Part shown: positions 30,295-40,700 of the stretch, piece after piece
How positions within the stretch are numbered: position 1 is the first letter of the stretch
How the letters are laid out: the number at the start of each line of letters is the position of its first letter
Source: a virus
Taxonomy: Duplodnaviria; Caudoviricetes
IMG/VR virus record: IMGVR_UViG_3300011989_000257
Span: 96,001 to 160,000 of that record
DNA length: 64,000 bases
Strand: one strand, 5' to 3'
Position numbers and translations under genes: made by a program
Notes under the pieces: generated by a model
What the model was told of the DNA's origin: nothing
The model's input: only the letters and a program-made list of their open reading frames with translations
Databases searched by the model: none

Positions 30295-32115
30295 TTATGC
30301 AAAATTCAATGTCAAGCCATTTGCAACTGGGTCTGTGATTCCACCTGTCTTGTTAATGTTGTAAAGGTAGAATACCTGGTTCTTCTCACCGAAGTTATTT
30401 GCAGTTACCTTAACGCCATTGTACTTACAGTTCTTGAAGTTGAATTTCCAAGTCTGAATCTTTGACAAGTCACCGCCAAGTGCAACGTCAGTAGTGGCTG
30501 GCTGATAGATAACCAATCCTGCCCATCCCCAATCTGCTGCATCCTTATTTGGCGTGTTCTCATATGTCCAAGAAACGTTCTCGAAGTTAACTGTAACACC
30601 AGTAGCGTTCTTGTAGTTTGCAAGCCTCAATGCGTTTGAGTTGTTAACATTCAAGTTAAGGTTAACGTCTGAAATGTTGATTACAGCATCGTCATTTGGT
30701 CTGTAGATGTTAAATACATTGTGTGCTAGTGCAACGTCATTAACCTTCACGTTTGAAGCGTTAAATGAATCGGTACCAGTGCCAACTTCCTCAAATACGT
30801 TATATGGTTTTGCACCATCTGCAATAGTGATGTTTGAAACATCAACCTTTGGAGCATCTACCAAGAAATATCCGTTTGAAGAACCCTTGTCACCAGTTAC
30901 CTCAACACCATCAAGTGCTATTGACTCAACTGCTGCAATGTTAACTTGCTGTGCTGCCTCAACGTTTGCAATTTCAAGGTTTTTGAATGTCTTCTTTGCT
31001 GCAAGTGCATTCAATGCCTCTTCTCCACCGATGAACACGTCAGTATTCTGTGGGTCTGTGATTGCATTTATTTCCTCTGCTGTATTTGCAACCTCTGTCT
31101 CGTCATCGAAGAATCCGCAATCCAATACATTTGCGAACTTGATGCCATCCTTATCAACTGTTATTGGGTTCTTGATTGCTGGAGCTGAATATCCTGCTGC
31201 AACAGCCTTAACCTTGTTTGAAGCGATTGAAATACCATCACTTGCCTCAAGTCTTTCTTCGTCAGCCTTCTTGTCGATTGCTGCCTGTATACCCTCAACT
31301 CTGATACCATCCTCGTCTACAACAAGGAATCTCTCACTGTGGGTATTATATTTGATTGAAATAGTATTGTGAGTGTTATCAACATCAATACCATTACCAC
31401 CAGTATAGAAGTCTACAAGGTCTTTTGTATTGATATAGATTGTATCAGCATTTGCGAATTCAATCTTGATGGCAGTATCAGGCCCTTCTGGGTCTTCAGT
31501 GAACACGTCACCATCCCAAGTACCGTGAACAAGTGAGCCACCACTTACAACCATATCCTTTGGAATGTCAATCTTACCTATCTCTTCCTTGTCATCTCCC
31601 AAGCCTTGTGAAAGAATGTAGGTCTTGAGATAACCAGATGTAGGGGTTTGAGCAACTTCCAATGAAATCTTAAGTTTGTTCTCAAGGGCTGATTCAAGTT
31701 CGTTCAATGCATCAGCTACCGTGTGTTCTGCTGAAAAACCTTCGCCAAGTTTTGCATTAACCTCTTCTATTGCTTCGGTTAATGTCTTATCAGAAAAACC
31801 GCTACCAATTGTCTGATTGATTGCTGAAACGGCTTCTTTCAATGCATCAATATCTGCTGCACTTCCTTCAACGTCAAGGATGGTGTAGTATGACTGACCA
31901 CCACCATTGTCTTCCATCTCATTTGCGTTTGCATAGAAACCAACCAATGTGCGGATGATTGGCTCTCCACCCACAACAGGAACCAAATAACGTGCCAATT
32001 TTGCAACACCGTCATTTGTTGCTGATTGTGTCAAACCTTGAGCTGCGGTTTGCTTGTCTGGATAGACCTTACCATTACGTAAGAGTCCCAATGAATAAAG
32101 ATTTTTTACTGCCAT
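30295..32115 (-). CDS. virion fibre/structural protein with probable beta-helix C-terminus
   Basis: N-terminus resembles 42770-44548 (LARY...TLVG...LTIIDVEG.S.D..AL); shared LDCG[FY] motif. Confidence 0.65.
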   Translation of the reverse strand: MAVKNLYSLGLLRNGKVYPDKQTAAQGLTQSATNDGVAKLARYLVPVVGGEPIIRTLVGFYANANEMEDNGGGQSYYTILDVEGSAADIDALKEAVSAINQTIGSGFSDKTLTEAIEEVNAKLGEGFSAEHTVADALNELESALENKLKISLEVAQTPTSGYLKTYILSQGLGDDKEEIGKIDIPKDMVVSGGSLVHGTWDGDVFTEDPEGPDTAIKIEFANADTIYINTKDLVDFYTGGNGIDVDNTHNTISIKYNTHSERFLVVDEDGIRVEGIQAAIDKKADEERLEASDGISIASNKVKAVAAGYSAPAIKNPITVDKDGIKFANVLDCGFFDDETEVANTAEEINAITDPQNTDVFIGGEEALNALAAKKTFKNLEIANVEAAQQVNIAAVESIALDGVEVTGDKGSSNGYFLVDAPKVDVSNITIADGAKPYNVFEEVGTGTDSFNASNVKVNDVALAHNVFNIYRPNDDAVINISDVNLNLNVNNSNALRLANYKNATGVTVNFENVSWTYENTPNKDAADWGWAGLVIYQPATTDVALGGDLSKIQTWKFNFKNCKYNGVKVTANNFGEKNQVFYLYNINKTGGITDPVANGLTLNFA

Positions 32116-32173
32116 ATTTTTATATATTTAATTTGTCTTATTATCTAATATATAAATATTTTATATAGCATAA

Positions 32174-32212
32174 AAATTTGCCCCAGGCACAAGCCCAAGG
32201 CAAACTTTTTTT
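32174..32212 (-). terminator. intrinsic terminator after lectin-like gene
   Basis: Minus strand TTTGCCTTGGGC-TTGT-GCCTGGGGCAAA then T tract; G:U pairs fix the strand. Confidence 0.75.
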
Positions 32213-32247
32213 GCAATTTAATCTTGTTTGATTTTATTAAGATTAAT

Positions 32248-32973
32248 TTATTCACTAAGAACACCACGCACAGAGAAGCCGTTGGAGCGATAGGTGTTTT
32301 CCTGCCATTTCACACTTCCATCTCTGAATTCAAAGTAGTAGGCCCACTGAACATAATAGTTGAAAAGCGAACTCGACAAATATAAGTCCCAACTGCCTAC
32401 ACTGAGAACCCTACCATTGTAGCAGTAGCCACAAGCAGGAAAGAACAGTACCTTTGAACTGTCAGTCTTATCAGTACATACAAGACCCGCAACGCCACTT
32501 CCTTGATAATCAGTAGTCCACGCTGTATTCACAGCATTGCCCAATGCAACATACTCTTCAGTTGTTGGCATTCTCCAACTACCACCCCAATCAGCAGTCA
32601 CAGCATCATCTTCTGCATCCAATACAGTCTTACCATCAGTTGAGTTATACTTGGTCATTCCTGTATTACCAGGTGAACTTGTACCATTACCGTACTTATA
32701 GTCTGCCCAACCAAAGTACTTCTGTCCACTACCACTACCTACTTGTGAAGCAGTATAGCCTTGGGTGTCACCCCATTGGAAATAAAGTCCCGTGTCAGTA
32801 ATACCTGTTGCGCCGACGTTCATTGTTGCCCATTTAACACCGCCTATCTCAACATATTCGTGCGATGGGGTTTGTGGGTACAACTTAACGTCTCCAAGGT
32901 AGACCTTGCAATCGCTAGAGCCTACCTTGAATGCGCTAATATCTAGATTTCCTATTCTAATTCCGTCTGCCAT
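32248..32973 (-). CDS. C-type-lectin-like (FISUMP/DUF1566-like) receptor-binding protein A (start moved to ATG 32973)
   Basis: KWATMNVGA, YFQWG, DDAV...WGGSWRMPT, LFFPA.G, SVRGV; N-terminal IRIG..DI....VYLGDVKLYP fibre-docking-type motif. Confidence 0.8.
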   Translation of the reverse strand: MADGIRIGNLDISAFKVGSSDCKVYLGDVKLYPQTPSHEYVEIGGVKWATMNVGATGITDTGLYFQWGDTQGYTASQVGSGSGQKYFGWADYKYGNGTSSPGNTGMTKYNSTDGKTVLDAEDDAVTADWGGSWRMPTTEEYVALGNAVNTAWTTDYQGSGVAGLVCTDKTDSSKVLFFPACGYCYNGRVLSVGSWDLYLSSSLFNYYVQWAYYFEFRDGSVKWQENTYRSNGFSVRGVLSE

Positions 32974-32974
32974 A

Positions 32975-35900
32975 TTAATTAACAATTACGTATAATGTAT
33001 TAGGGTCTTTTGTTGTCAAAGCATCATATGCGGCTTGTGTAATCTTCTTGAGCTTAAGTCCATCAAGGTCTGACTTATCAGCCTTATTTGTGTTCAAATC
33101 ATTCAATGCATTTGATACAGTCAATTCATTCTCAGCTACAACCTTCGTTGCAATTGGGTCTGTTGAACCACTATTTGAAGGAGTGATTGCAGTTACCGTC
33201 TCAACCTTTCCGATGTTATCTTGCAACTTGATGTCAGTACCACCACTGGTTATGTAGATGTCACCATTCTGCCTAATCTCAAAGGCATTGTGCCTTGCAT
33301 TATATTCGCCATTACCAACACTAAATAATGTATTACCACTATCACCAAATGTAGTTGAAGCTCTATTGCTTGCGTTATACTGTCCACTTGCGTGTTCATA
33401 GGAATTGGTTGTTAACGTATTTTGGCCTTCTGTGTGAGAATAATCACCATTTGCTATTGTATACGCTCCTTCAGCGTGAGAAGACTGACCACTTGCTACT
33501 GTACCTTGTCCTTCAGCATGAGAATAATTACCATTTGCCTTTGCATTCCATCCTTCAGCGTGACTACTATTACTGCTTGCAGTAGTACTCTGTCCTTCAG
33601 CGTGAGAATAATAACCACTTGCTAATGCATACTTTCCTTCAGCATGAGAAGAGTGACCACTTGCTGTTGTACTCCATCCTTCTGCGTGTGAATACTCACC
33701 ATTTGCCTTTGTACCGCATCCTTCAGCGTGAGAAGAGCGGCCACTTGCTGTTGTCTCATAACCTTCAGCATGAGATGACTCACCACTCGCCGTTGTACTA
33801 TTTCCTTCAGCGTGTGAACGTAGTCCACTTGCTACTGTACTATTTCCTTCAGCGTGAGAATAATCGCCATTTGCTTTTGTATTATAGCCTTCTGCGTGAG
33901 ATGACTCACCACTTGCTACTGTACTATTTCCTTCAGCGTGAGAATAATCGTCACTTGCAGTTGTATAATTACCTTCAGCGTGAGATTTATTACCACTTGC
34001 AATTGTACTACTGCCCTCAGCGTGAGAATAGTTACCACTTGCAGTTGTGCTATCTCCTTCAGCGTGTGAAGTCATTCCATTTGCTTGCGTATTATTTCCT
34101 TCAGCGTGAGAAAATTGACCATTTGCCTTTGTACTCAATCCTTCAGTGTGAGAAGCAAAACCACTTGCTACTGTACTATTTCCTTCTGCGTGAGAAAAAT
34201 AGCCACTTGCTACTGTACTATTTCCTTCAGCGTGAGAAACAAATGATGTTGCACTAGTACTTAGTCCTTCTGTCACAGAATAGTCACCACTTGCTGTGCC
34301 ACTTGAACCCTTTAATATAACAGAGTTCAATCCTGTTCCACTTTCCCAAAGTTCAACTGATGGCGTATATGCTGATGCATCAAGTTTCTTTTCGTCAAGG
34401 TTGTTCAATGCAGCAGATATAATCCTCTCATTCTCAATGATTACCTCAGTGATTGAAGATGATGTAAATCCGCTTCCAACAAGGCTATCAATTGCTGCCT
34501 TATTATAATAGTTTGAAGCATCAAATATATCAGTCAATGGAATATTGATATCCTGCTTTCCAGCATCGGTGTTGAATGATATAACAAGACAAGTAACTTG
34601 GCTTCCACCGCTTGTTACATCCTTGATTTCAACATTTGACACCATTCCATCCTTGATGAAATCAGTCGCATCAATATGACAAATAGATGTTGCAGTATCT
34701 GTATCGTTCTTATAGAAATTAATCTTCTTGTCGTTTGAATCATATGCAGCATAGCCAATCTTATTGGCCCAAGATGCCTTATCAGCAGCAGTTACGTGTA
34801 TCTCCGTATTTGCAGTATGCGCACTTACAGTACCACTCAATGCAACAAATGCATTAGCCCATACAAGTTCATTTTCAGTTACTGCACTGTACACAGCCTT
34901 TGTAGATATAGGATTTGTACTAGCTGTATTACTGAAATCTTGGTCAATTTCTATATTCCCGCCAAGATTATCTTGAAGCAATATATCAGTGCCGCCACTT
35001 ACAATATAAATGTCACCATTCTGCCTAATCTCAAATGCGTTGTGCCTTGCATTATCAGCAGTACCGTTACCAACACTGAATAGCGTATTACCACTATCAC
35101 CAAATGTAGTAGTAGCACTGCTACTTACATTTAACTGTCCACTTGCGTGTTCATACATATTATTTGCTTGTGTTCCTGCGCCTTCAGTGTGAGAATAATT
35201 TCCATTTGCTTGTGTTCCTATACCTTCAGCGTGCGAATTACTACCGTTTGCTTGTGTTCCTGTACCTTCAGCGTGAGATGACTCACCACTTGCTGTTGTA
35301 TGATATCCTTCAGCGTGAGAATAACTACCGCTTGCCGTTGTATTACTGCCTTCAGCGTGAGAATCACTCCCACTTGCCATTGTATAGCTACCTTCAGCGT
35401 GAGAATATTGAGTATTTGCTGTTGTATAACCACCTTCAGCGTGAGATGACTCACCGCTTGCTATTGTACTATAACCTTCAGCGTGAGAACGTGAACCATT
35501 TGCAGTTGTATAATTACCTTCAGCGTGAGAAGAACTACCATTTGCTTTAGTATAATATCCTTCAGTGTGAGAATAATACCCACTTGCAGTTGTACTATAT
35601 CCTTCAGCGTGAGAAGACTGGCCACTTGCAGTTGTACTATATCCTTCAGCGTGCGAATAGTAACCTATTGATTTAGACCAAGAACCTTCAGCAACAGAAG
35701 ATGTTCCTCTTGCTGTGTTGTTTCCTCCTTTCAATACGACAGAATTCACACCACTTCCGCTAACCCAAAGTTCTACGCTTGGTGTGTATGCGCTTGCATC
35801 GAGTTTTCTTTCATCAAGGTCAACAAGTGCTGATGATACGATTTCTTCATTCTCAATGATTACGTCAGTAATGGATGAAGGTGAAAATCCGCTACCAATA

Positions 35901-36742
35901 TAGTCTTGCAGCTTAAACGCTGGACTTGTTGTTGTACCGCCACTTGTTATGTAAATGTCACCGTTCTGTCTAACCTCAAATGCATTATGACGTGCATAGT
36001 AATTACCATTACCAACACTGAATAATGTGTTGCCACTATCGCCAAAATAAGTTGAAGCACTGCTGCTTACATTATATTGGCCACTTGCGTGCTCTGATGT
36101 GTTATTCGCTATTGTAGATTGCCCTTCAGCGTGGCTATAATTACCACTTGCAGTTGCATAATATCCTTCAGCGTGAGAATAACTACCATTTGCTTTAGTA
36201 TAATATCCTTCAGTGTGAGAAGCATATCCACTTGCAGTTGTATTATATCCTTCAGCGTGAGAATAATAACCACTTGCTATTGTATAACGTCCTTCAGCAA
36301 CAGAAGACGTTCCGCTAGCTTCATTGTATCCACCTTTCAATACAGCAGAATTCATACCACTTCCGCTTACCCACAAATCCCTAGCGTCTATCTCTGCCTT
36401 TGTGTATGTCGGTTTATATGCGCTTTTATTAAGTTTCCTTTCATCAAGGTCAGCCAATGCAAGTGCTGTGACCTTTTCGTTTGATTCAATGACACTTGTA
36501 ACCGTATTTGCACTGTTCTCACCAGTGAATCCACTTCCAAGTTTTTTCTCAGTGTAATAGTTGTCAGATGAGAATGTAACGACATCCCCGCTCTCATTCT
36601 TGATTGACAATGTTTCAACATCCTTACCGAAGTTGATGGCTATCTCACCTTCAACAAGGTCATCAGCCAACGGTAGTTTTGGCCCACCGTTCTCCTTTAA
36701 TTTGCTCTTCTTATGAGAGACAAAATAAGCGTTTTTGCCCAT
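32975..36742 (-). CDS. fibre protein with three YadA-head-like blocks of 14-aa repeats
   Basis: 36 SH[A/T]EG..T.A[S/N]G.. repeats in three blocks; C-terminal ITQAAYDALTTKDPNTLYVI motif. Confidence 0.85.
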   Translation of the reverse strand: MGKNAYFVSHKKSKLKENGGPKLPLADDLVEGEIAINFGKDVETLSIKNESGDVVTFSSDNYYTEKKLGSGFTGENSANTVTSVIESNEKVTALALADLDERKLNKSAYKPTYTKAEIDARDLWVSGSGMNSAVLKGGYNEASGTSSVAEGRYTIASGYYSHAEGYNTTASGYASHTEGYYTKANGSYSHAEGYYATASGNYSHAEGQSTIANNTSEHASGQYNVSSSASTYFGDSGNTLFSVGNGNYYARHNAFEVRQNGDIYITSGGTTTSPAFKLQDYIGSGFSPSSITDVIIENEEIVSSALVDLDERKLDASAYTPSVELWVSGSGVNSVVLKGGNNTARGTSSVAEGSWSKSIGYYSHAEGYSTTASGQSSHAEGYSTTASGYYSHTEGYYTKANGSSSHAEGNYTTANGSRSHAEGYSTIASGESSHAEGGYTTANTQYSHAEGSYTMASGSDSHAEGSNTTASGSYSHAEGYHTTASGESSHAEGTGTQANGSNSHAEGIGTQANGNYSHTEGAGTQANNMYEHASGQLNVSSSATTTFGDSGNTLFSVGNGTADNARHNAFEIRQNGDIYIVSGGTDILLQDNLGGNIEIDQDFSNTASTNPISTKAVYSAVTENELVWANAFVALSGTVSAHTANTEIHVTAADKASWANKIGYAAYDSNDKKINFYKNDTDTATSICHIDATDFIKDGMVSNVEIKDVTSGGSQVTCLVISFNTDAGKQDINIPLTDIFDASNYYNKAAIDSLVGSGFTSSSITEVIIENERIISAALNNLDEKKLDASAYTPSVELWESGTGLNSVILKGSSGTASGDYSVTEGLSTSATSFVSHAEGNSTVASGYFSHAEGNSTVASGFASHTEGLSTKANGQFSHAEGNNTQANGMTSHAEGDSTTASGNYSHAEGSSTIASGNKSHAEGNYTTASDDYSHAEGNSTVASGESSHAEGYNTKANGDYSHAEGNSTVASGLRSHAEGNSTTASGESSHAEGYETTASGRSSHAEGCGTKANGEYSHAEGWSTTASGHSSHAEGKYALASGYYSHAEGQSTTASSNSSHAEGWNAKANGNYSHAEGQGTVASGQSSHAEGAYTIANGDYSHTEGQNTLTTNSYEHASGQYNASNRASTTFGDSGNTLFSVGNGEYNARHNAFEIRQNGDIYITSGGTDIKLQDNIGKVETVTAITPSNSGSTDPIATKVVAENELTVSNALNDLNTNKADKSDLDGLKLKKITQAAYDALTTKDPNTLYVIVN

Positions 36743-36848
36743 AAATTTAATTCTTTTTTTTTAATAGCTTTTATTATTAGAAATATAGATTTCAAAAATT
36801 GGTAAGAATACCAGCTTGTTTAAAAATCTATTAAAATATATCTTTCTA

Positions 36849-36913
36849 TATAAATATCATAAGGAATATAAAAAAAGAGCAACCAACTTAATGATTGCCC
36901 TTGATATATTATT
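36849..36913. repeat. ~65-bp intergenic unit (terminator hairpin + TATTTATA), copy 1; copy 2 at 45555-45617
   Basis: TATAAATATCATAAGGAATATAAAAAA-GAGCAA...GATTGC.CTTGATATATTATT in both places. Confidence 0.85.
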
Positions 36914-37664
36914 AATCAGCAACCCCACGCACAAGATGGCCGTCCTTGCGCCCAGTGCTGCTCTCCCAACTCACGTGTTCAGTTCCGAAACCCAAGTGGC
37001 AAGCGTTCATAAACCAACTGCTTTGAGTGATGTCTATAAAATGTGAACTCGACCAATACTCGCCGTTTCTACCTACATTCCACATTTTATTATTGCTACA
37101 GTAGCCACCAGCAGGGAAGAATAATACCTTGGAACTGTCTTCCTTATCAGTACATACCATACCCGAAACGCCAGTGCCTTGATAATCAGCAGTCCAAGCC
37201 GTATTCACAGCCCATCCCAATGCAGCATATTCATCGTTTGTTGGCATTCTCCATTTACCACCCCAATTGGCTATCACGGCATCATCAGATGCATCCAATA
37301 CTGTCTTACCATCAGTTTCATTATACTTGGTCATATCATCAGCAGATGGTGATGTACCCCCACTATTATACTTATAGTCTGACCAACCAAACCCCTTCTG
37401 TCCAGTACCTGTATAGCCACTTATATCACCCCATTGGAAATAAAGACCTGTATCAGTAATTGAGTTTGCCCCAACGTTCATCGTTGCCCACTTAAGGCCA
37501 GCAATTTCAACATAATCATGTCCTCTATATGGGTCAACCCAAGGACTATAATGTACATCATCTTCAGTTTTACAGATTGATACATTTGGTAGTATTGCAC
37601 CACTATCATTAATGTAATTCTCATACTGTGTATGATTCTTGAATTTCTTTAAATATATTGCCAT
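36912..37664 (-). CDS. C-type-lectin-like protein B with shared N-terminal module
   Basis: KWATMNVGA...WRMPT...YWSSS...LVRGV. Confidence 0.8.
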   Translation of the reverse strand: MAIYLKKFKNHTQYENYINDSGAILPNVSICKTEDDVHYSPWVDPYRGHDYVEIAGLKWATMNVGANSITDTGLYFQWGDISGYTGTGQKGFGWSDYKYNSGGTSPSADDMTKYNETDGKTVLDASDDAVIANWGGKWRMPTNDEYAALGWAVNTAWTADYQGTGVSGMVCTDKEDSSKVLFFPAGGYCSNNKMWNVGRNGEYWSSSHFIDITQSSWFMNACHLGFGTEHVSWESSTGRKDGHLVRGVAD

Positions 37665-37739
37665 AATTATTGTTTTCTATATAAATATCTTATGGGAAAG
37701 AAAAATGAGGAACTGTATTGAAACAATTCCTCATTAATA

Positions 37740-40700
37740 TTATTCAAATGTAAACGTATCACTAATATTGCCACTCTCAACGGTTACTACATCACCACTA
37801 CTGAATGTATGCCCTGTAAACGTAAGAATATTATCAGTTGCTGCCTTTGTTTCAACAGTTGTTCCGTTTACCTTTAATGCAAAATCAGTTGTTTGGTTTG
37901 TGTAACACTTGATAACCCTATCAGTCATCTTTGTATAGTTCTTCTGACATATATGCACGAACTTGTCTGTCTGATTCCACCAAGCCTTGTACAGATAGAA
38001 CGTATCCTTCTTGGTAACGTGGTCTCTCTCAACAAGACCCTTATTATTCAACCTTCTCAATTCATCGTCAATAGATGTGTTCTCACCATCAAGACATACT
38101 GTATATCCCTCATTTCTGTTTGCCACAGCAATGTCGAACAACTGCCATTGAGATGTGAACATCAACTGCGGATATTGCTTGATTGTCGCAATATGTCCTT
38201 CATGTAGCCACATCATATATTCAATATCGTGTCTTTCGTGATTGCCCCTTGTGGTTGTATTCATAAAGTCATCTGAGTGACAACGTTGTGTACCACCACA
38301 TCCATACTCAGAGTATGCCATTGGTTTTCCAACCCTGTTAATGGTGTTGTTAAGACGTGTGTTAATCTGTGACACAGGAGTATTTGAGTTTGGACTGTCA
38401 TACCATCCCACATATATATTACATCCGAACCAGTCAACATTAGATGGGTCATTATAGTATGCACTTGGACTTGTGCCAGGACTTTGTGCAAGCACATATC
38501 CTACCATTCTCTCAGAATCAAGTCTCTTGATTAATGCTGTGTATTCCTCTACCTTCTGCTTACCAAATGCCTTGTCATCAGTCGTTGTCTCATTGCTAAG
38601 ACCCCAGAAGAATATACAAGGGTGGTTATAGTGCTGATTGACCATATCTGTATACTGACCAGTTAAGTGTGTATAATAGTCTTCTGGCATTGTTGACTGT
38701 AACTTGTTAACACAAGGACCTTCAGTCTGCACAACTATACCCAATGCATCACATCTGTCATATACCTCCTTCGGATGAGGATAATGAGCTAAACGTAAGA
38801 AGTTAAGTCCAAGTTCTTGAATTGTTGCAAATGTATTGTTATAATCGGTTTCAGTCAATGCATTTGCCCTTCCTTCTATATCATCATGCATACAGCATCC
38901 TCTAAGAAGATATGGAGAACCATTGAGCAAGAATCCAGTATACGGATTTTCATCAGTGCCAACCTTTTCAGTATCATTGATTACATACTCATAGTATCTC
39001 AATCCATAAGGTCTTACAAACCTATGATACAAATCGTTTCCACCATATATCTCAAGTGTTACTGTGTATAGATATGGGTCTGGTTTACCATTCCATAGAT
39101 GAGGGTTTGCAATAACCTTTGTAAATGTCATTTCCTCACCAGTACTTGCACTTGTTGCAGAATAAATATTGGTATTACCATCATCAATCTTACAAACCAA
39201 CGTAGCACCAGTTGGAACACTTGTCATTATATTGACAGTTGCCTCTGCATCAGACACCGTTGACGTAATATGGAAGCCATCATAGCCATATTTCATTGCT
39301 GGAACATATGGGCTTGTAAGCAACCTTACATTACCAAGAGTCGCATTGAAGTTGAAGTCGCCAGCTGCTGGCGCAACATAGTTTCCTTCATTGTTCTTGA
39401 TTACAACCTTTACAGTATTTGAGCCACTATGTACATAATTTGATATGTCAGTGGTAAACGCTGCATAACCTCCCCAGTGCTTTTCCACAAGTGTATCATC
39501 AACATATATTGATGCTGAATGGTCAGCATGCTGGAACCACAAATACGTTGGTTGCGCTCCACTCAATGCAAAACTTGTCTCAAAGTTAAATGTTCCCTTT
39601 GCATAATTTGATGAATGACCGTCAATTGCATTGACTGAATATGGAGTGGTAATTTCGTTACCACCATAGTTCCACTTCTTTAAGTCTCTATTTGAATATT
39701 CAATAGGTACATCACTTACATATTGACAAGTTTGAGACACTGTACGACTTTCTTGACCATTCAATTCAGAATATGTTTGTATAATAGTGTCTGCTGTTAT
39801 TGTTATAGCAGTTGTATACGCACTATATTCTCCAGTATTGTTTAATCTATAATATATGTCAGCACCTTGAGTTTCACAAGTTAATGTTATCTCACTGAAT
39901 CCATCATATGTGATTGTAGGTGGAACTACTGGAACGTCATCATACACTAACCAATTTTTTGGAATACCGTTTGCTCCCCTAGTCCAAGTATCTACAGAAA
40001 CTCCGCTATCCTTTACGAATGTACCACTTGATGCAACGCCACTAGTCCAATTCTGCTTACAGTTGGTTGTGTTAAATCCATCAATTGCCATACATTTAAT
40101 ATAATTAAGGCTTGTACAGCCAGTAAACATATTACCATAACATTCAGCAACCAAATGTTCTGCAAGTAATTCTGGTGCTTCAACTATTGCACAATTTTCA
40201 AACATATACCAATAAACACCCTTTGCCAATGTTGTCGCTGGTAATTGTGGTGCTTTTGTCAAATATGTACACCAACTAAATAAAGCACGATAGCAATATT
40301 CAGTTAATGTTAATGCTGGTAGCACAAGGTTCTCAGCAGATTCTATATTTGTACGCTTAAATAATGAACAGAAATTGTATGTTCTTGTCATTGCTGTATT
40401 TCCAATGAAATTATCGCCATAAATGAGTGACATTACATTACCTTCAGCGACAAAATGAGCCGTTGAGCCTATGTCTGTAGACCCACTAGTATCTTTTCCG
40501 AATGAAGCATAATTTGATTTACTTCCAGCATATGTAGTATTAGTACCCTTAAATCTTATAACATCATCAGCTACAACATTTATTGCAGTAGGAGACGATG
40601 CTGCTGTTATAGAAGTCCATTCTCCACCGTTAAGGCTATACTCAATTGTTTTCGCATATCCGCTTCCAACAGATTTCCAACAAATTGTTCCTGCACTTGT

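Noticed and set aside
33400-36300. CRISPR-like regularly spaced repeat (CCTTCAGCGTGAGA every 42 bp)
   Set aside because: It is the in-frame coding repeat SHAEG; the intervening sequences are homologous to each other and no cas genes are present.
32975-36742. Bacterial trimeric autotransporter (host contamination)
   Set aside because: No signal peptide or C-terminal beta-barrel; it ends in a phage fibre motif and shares modules with neighbouring genes.
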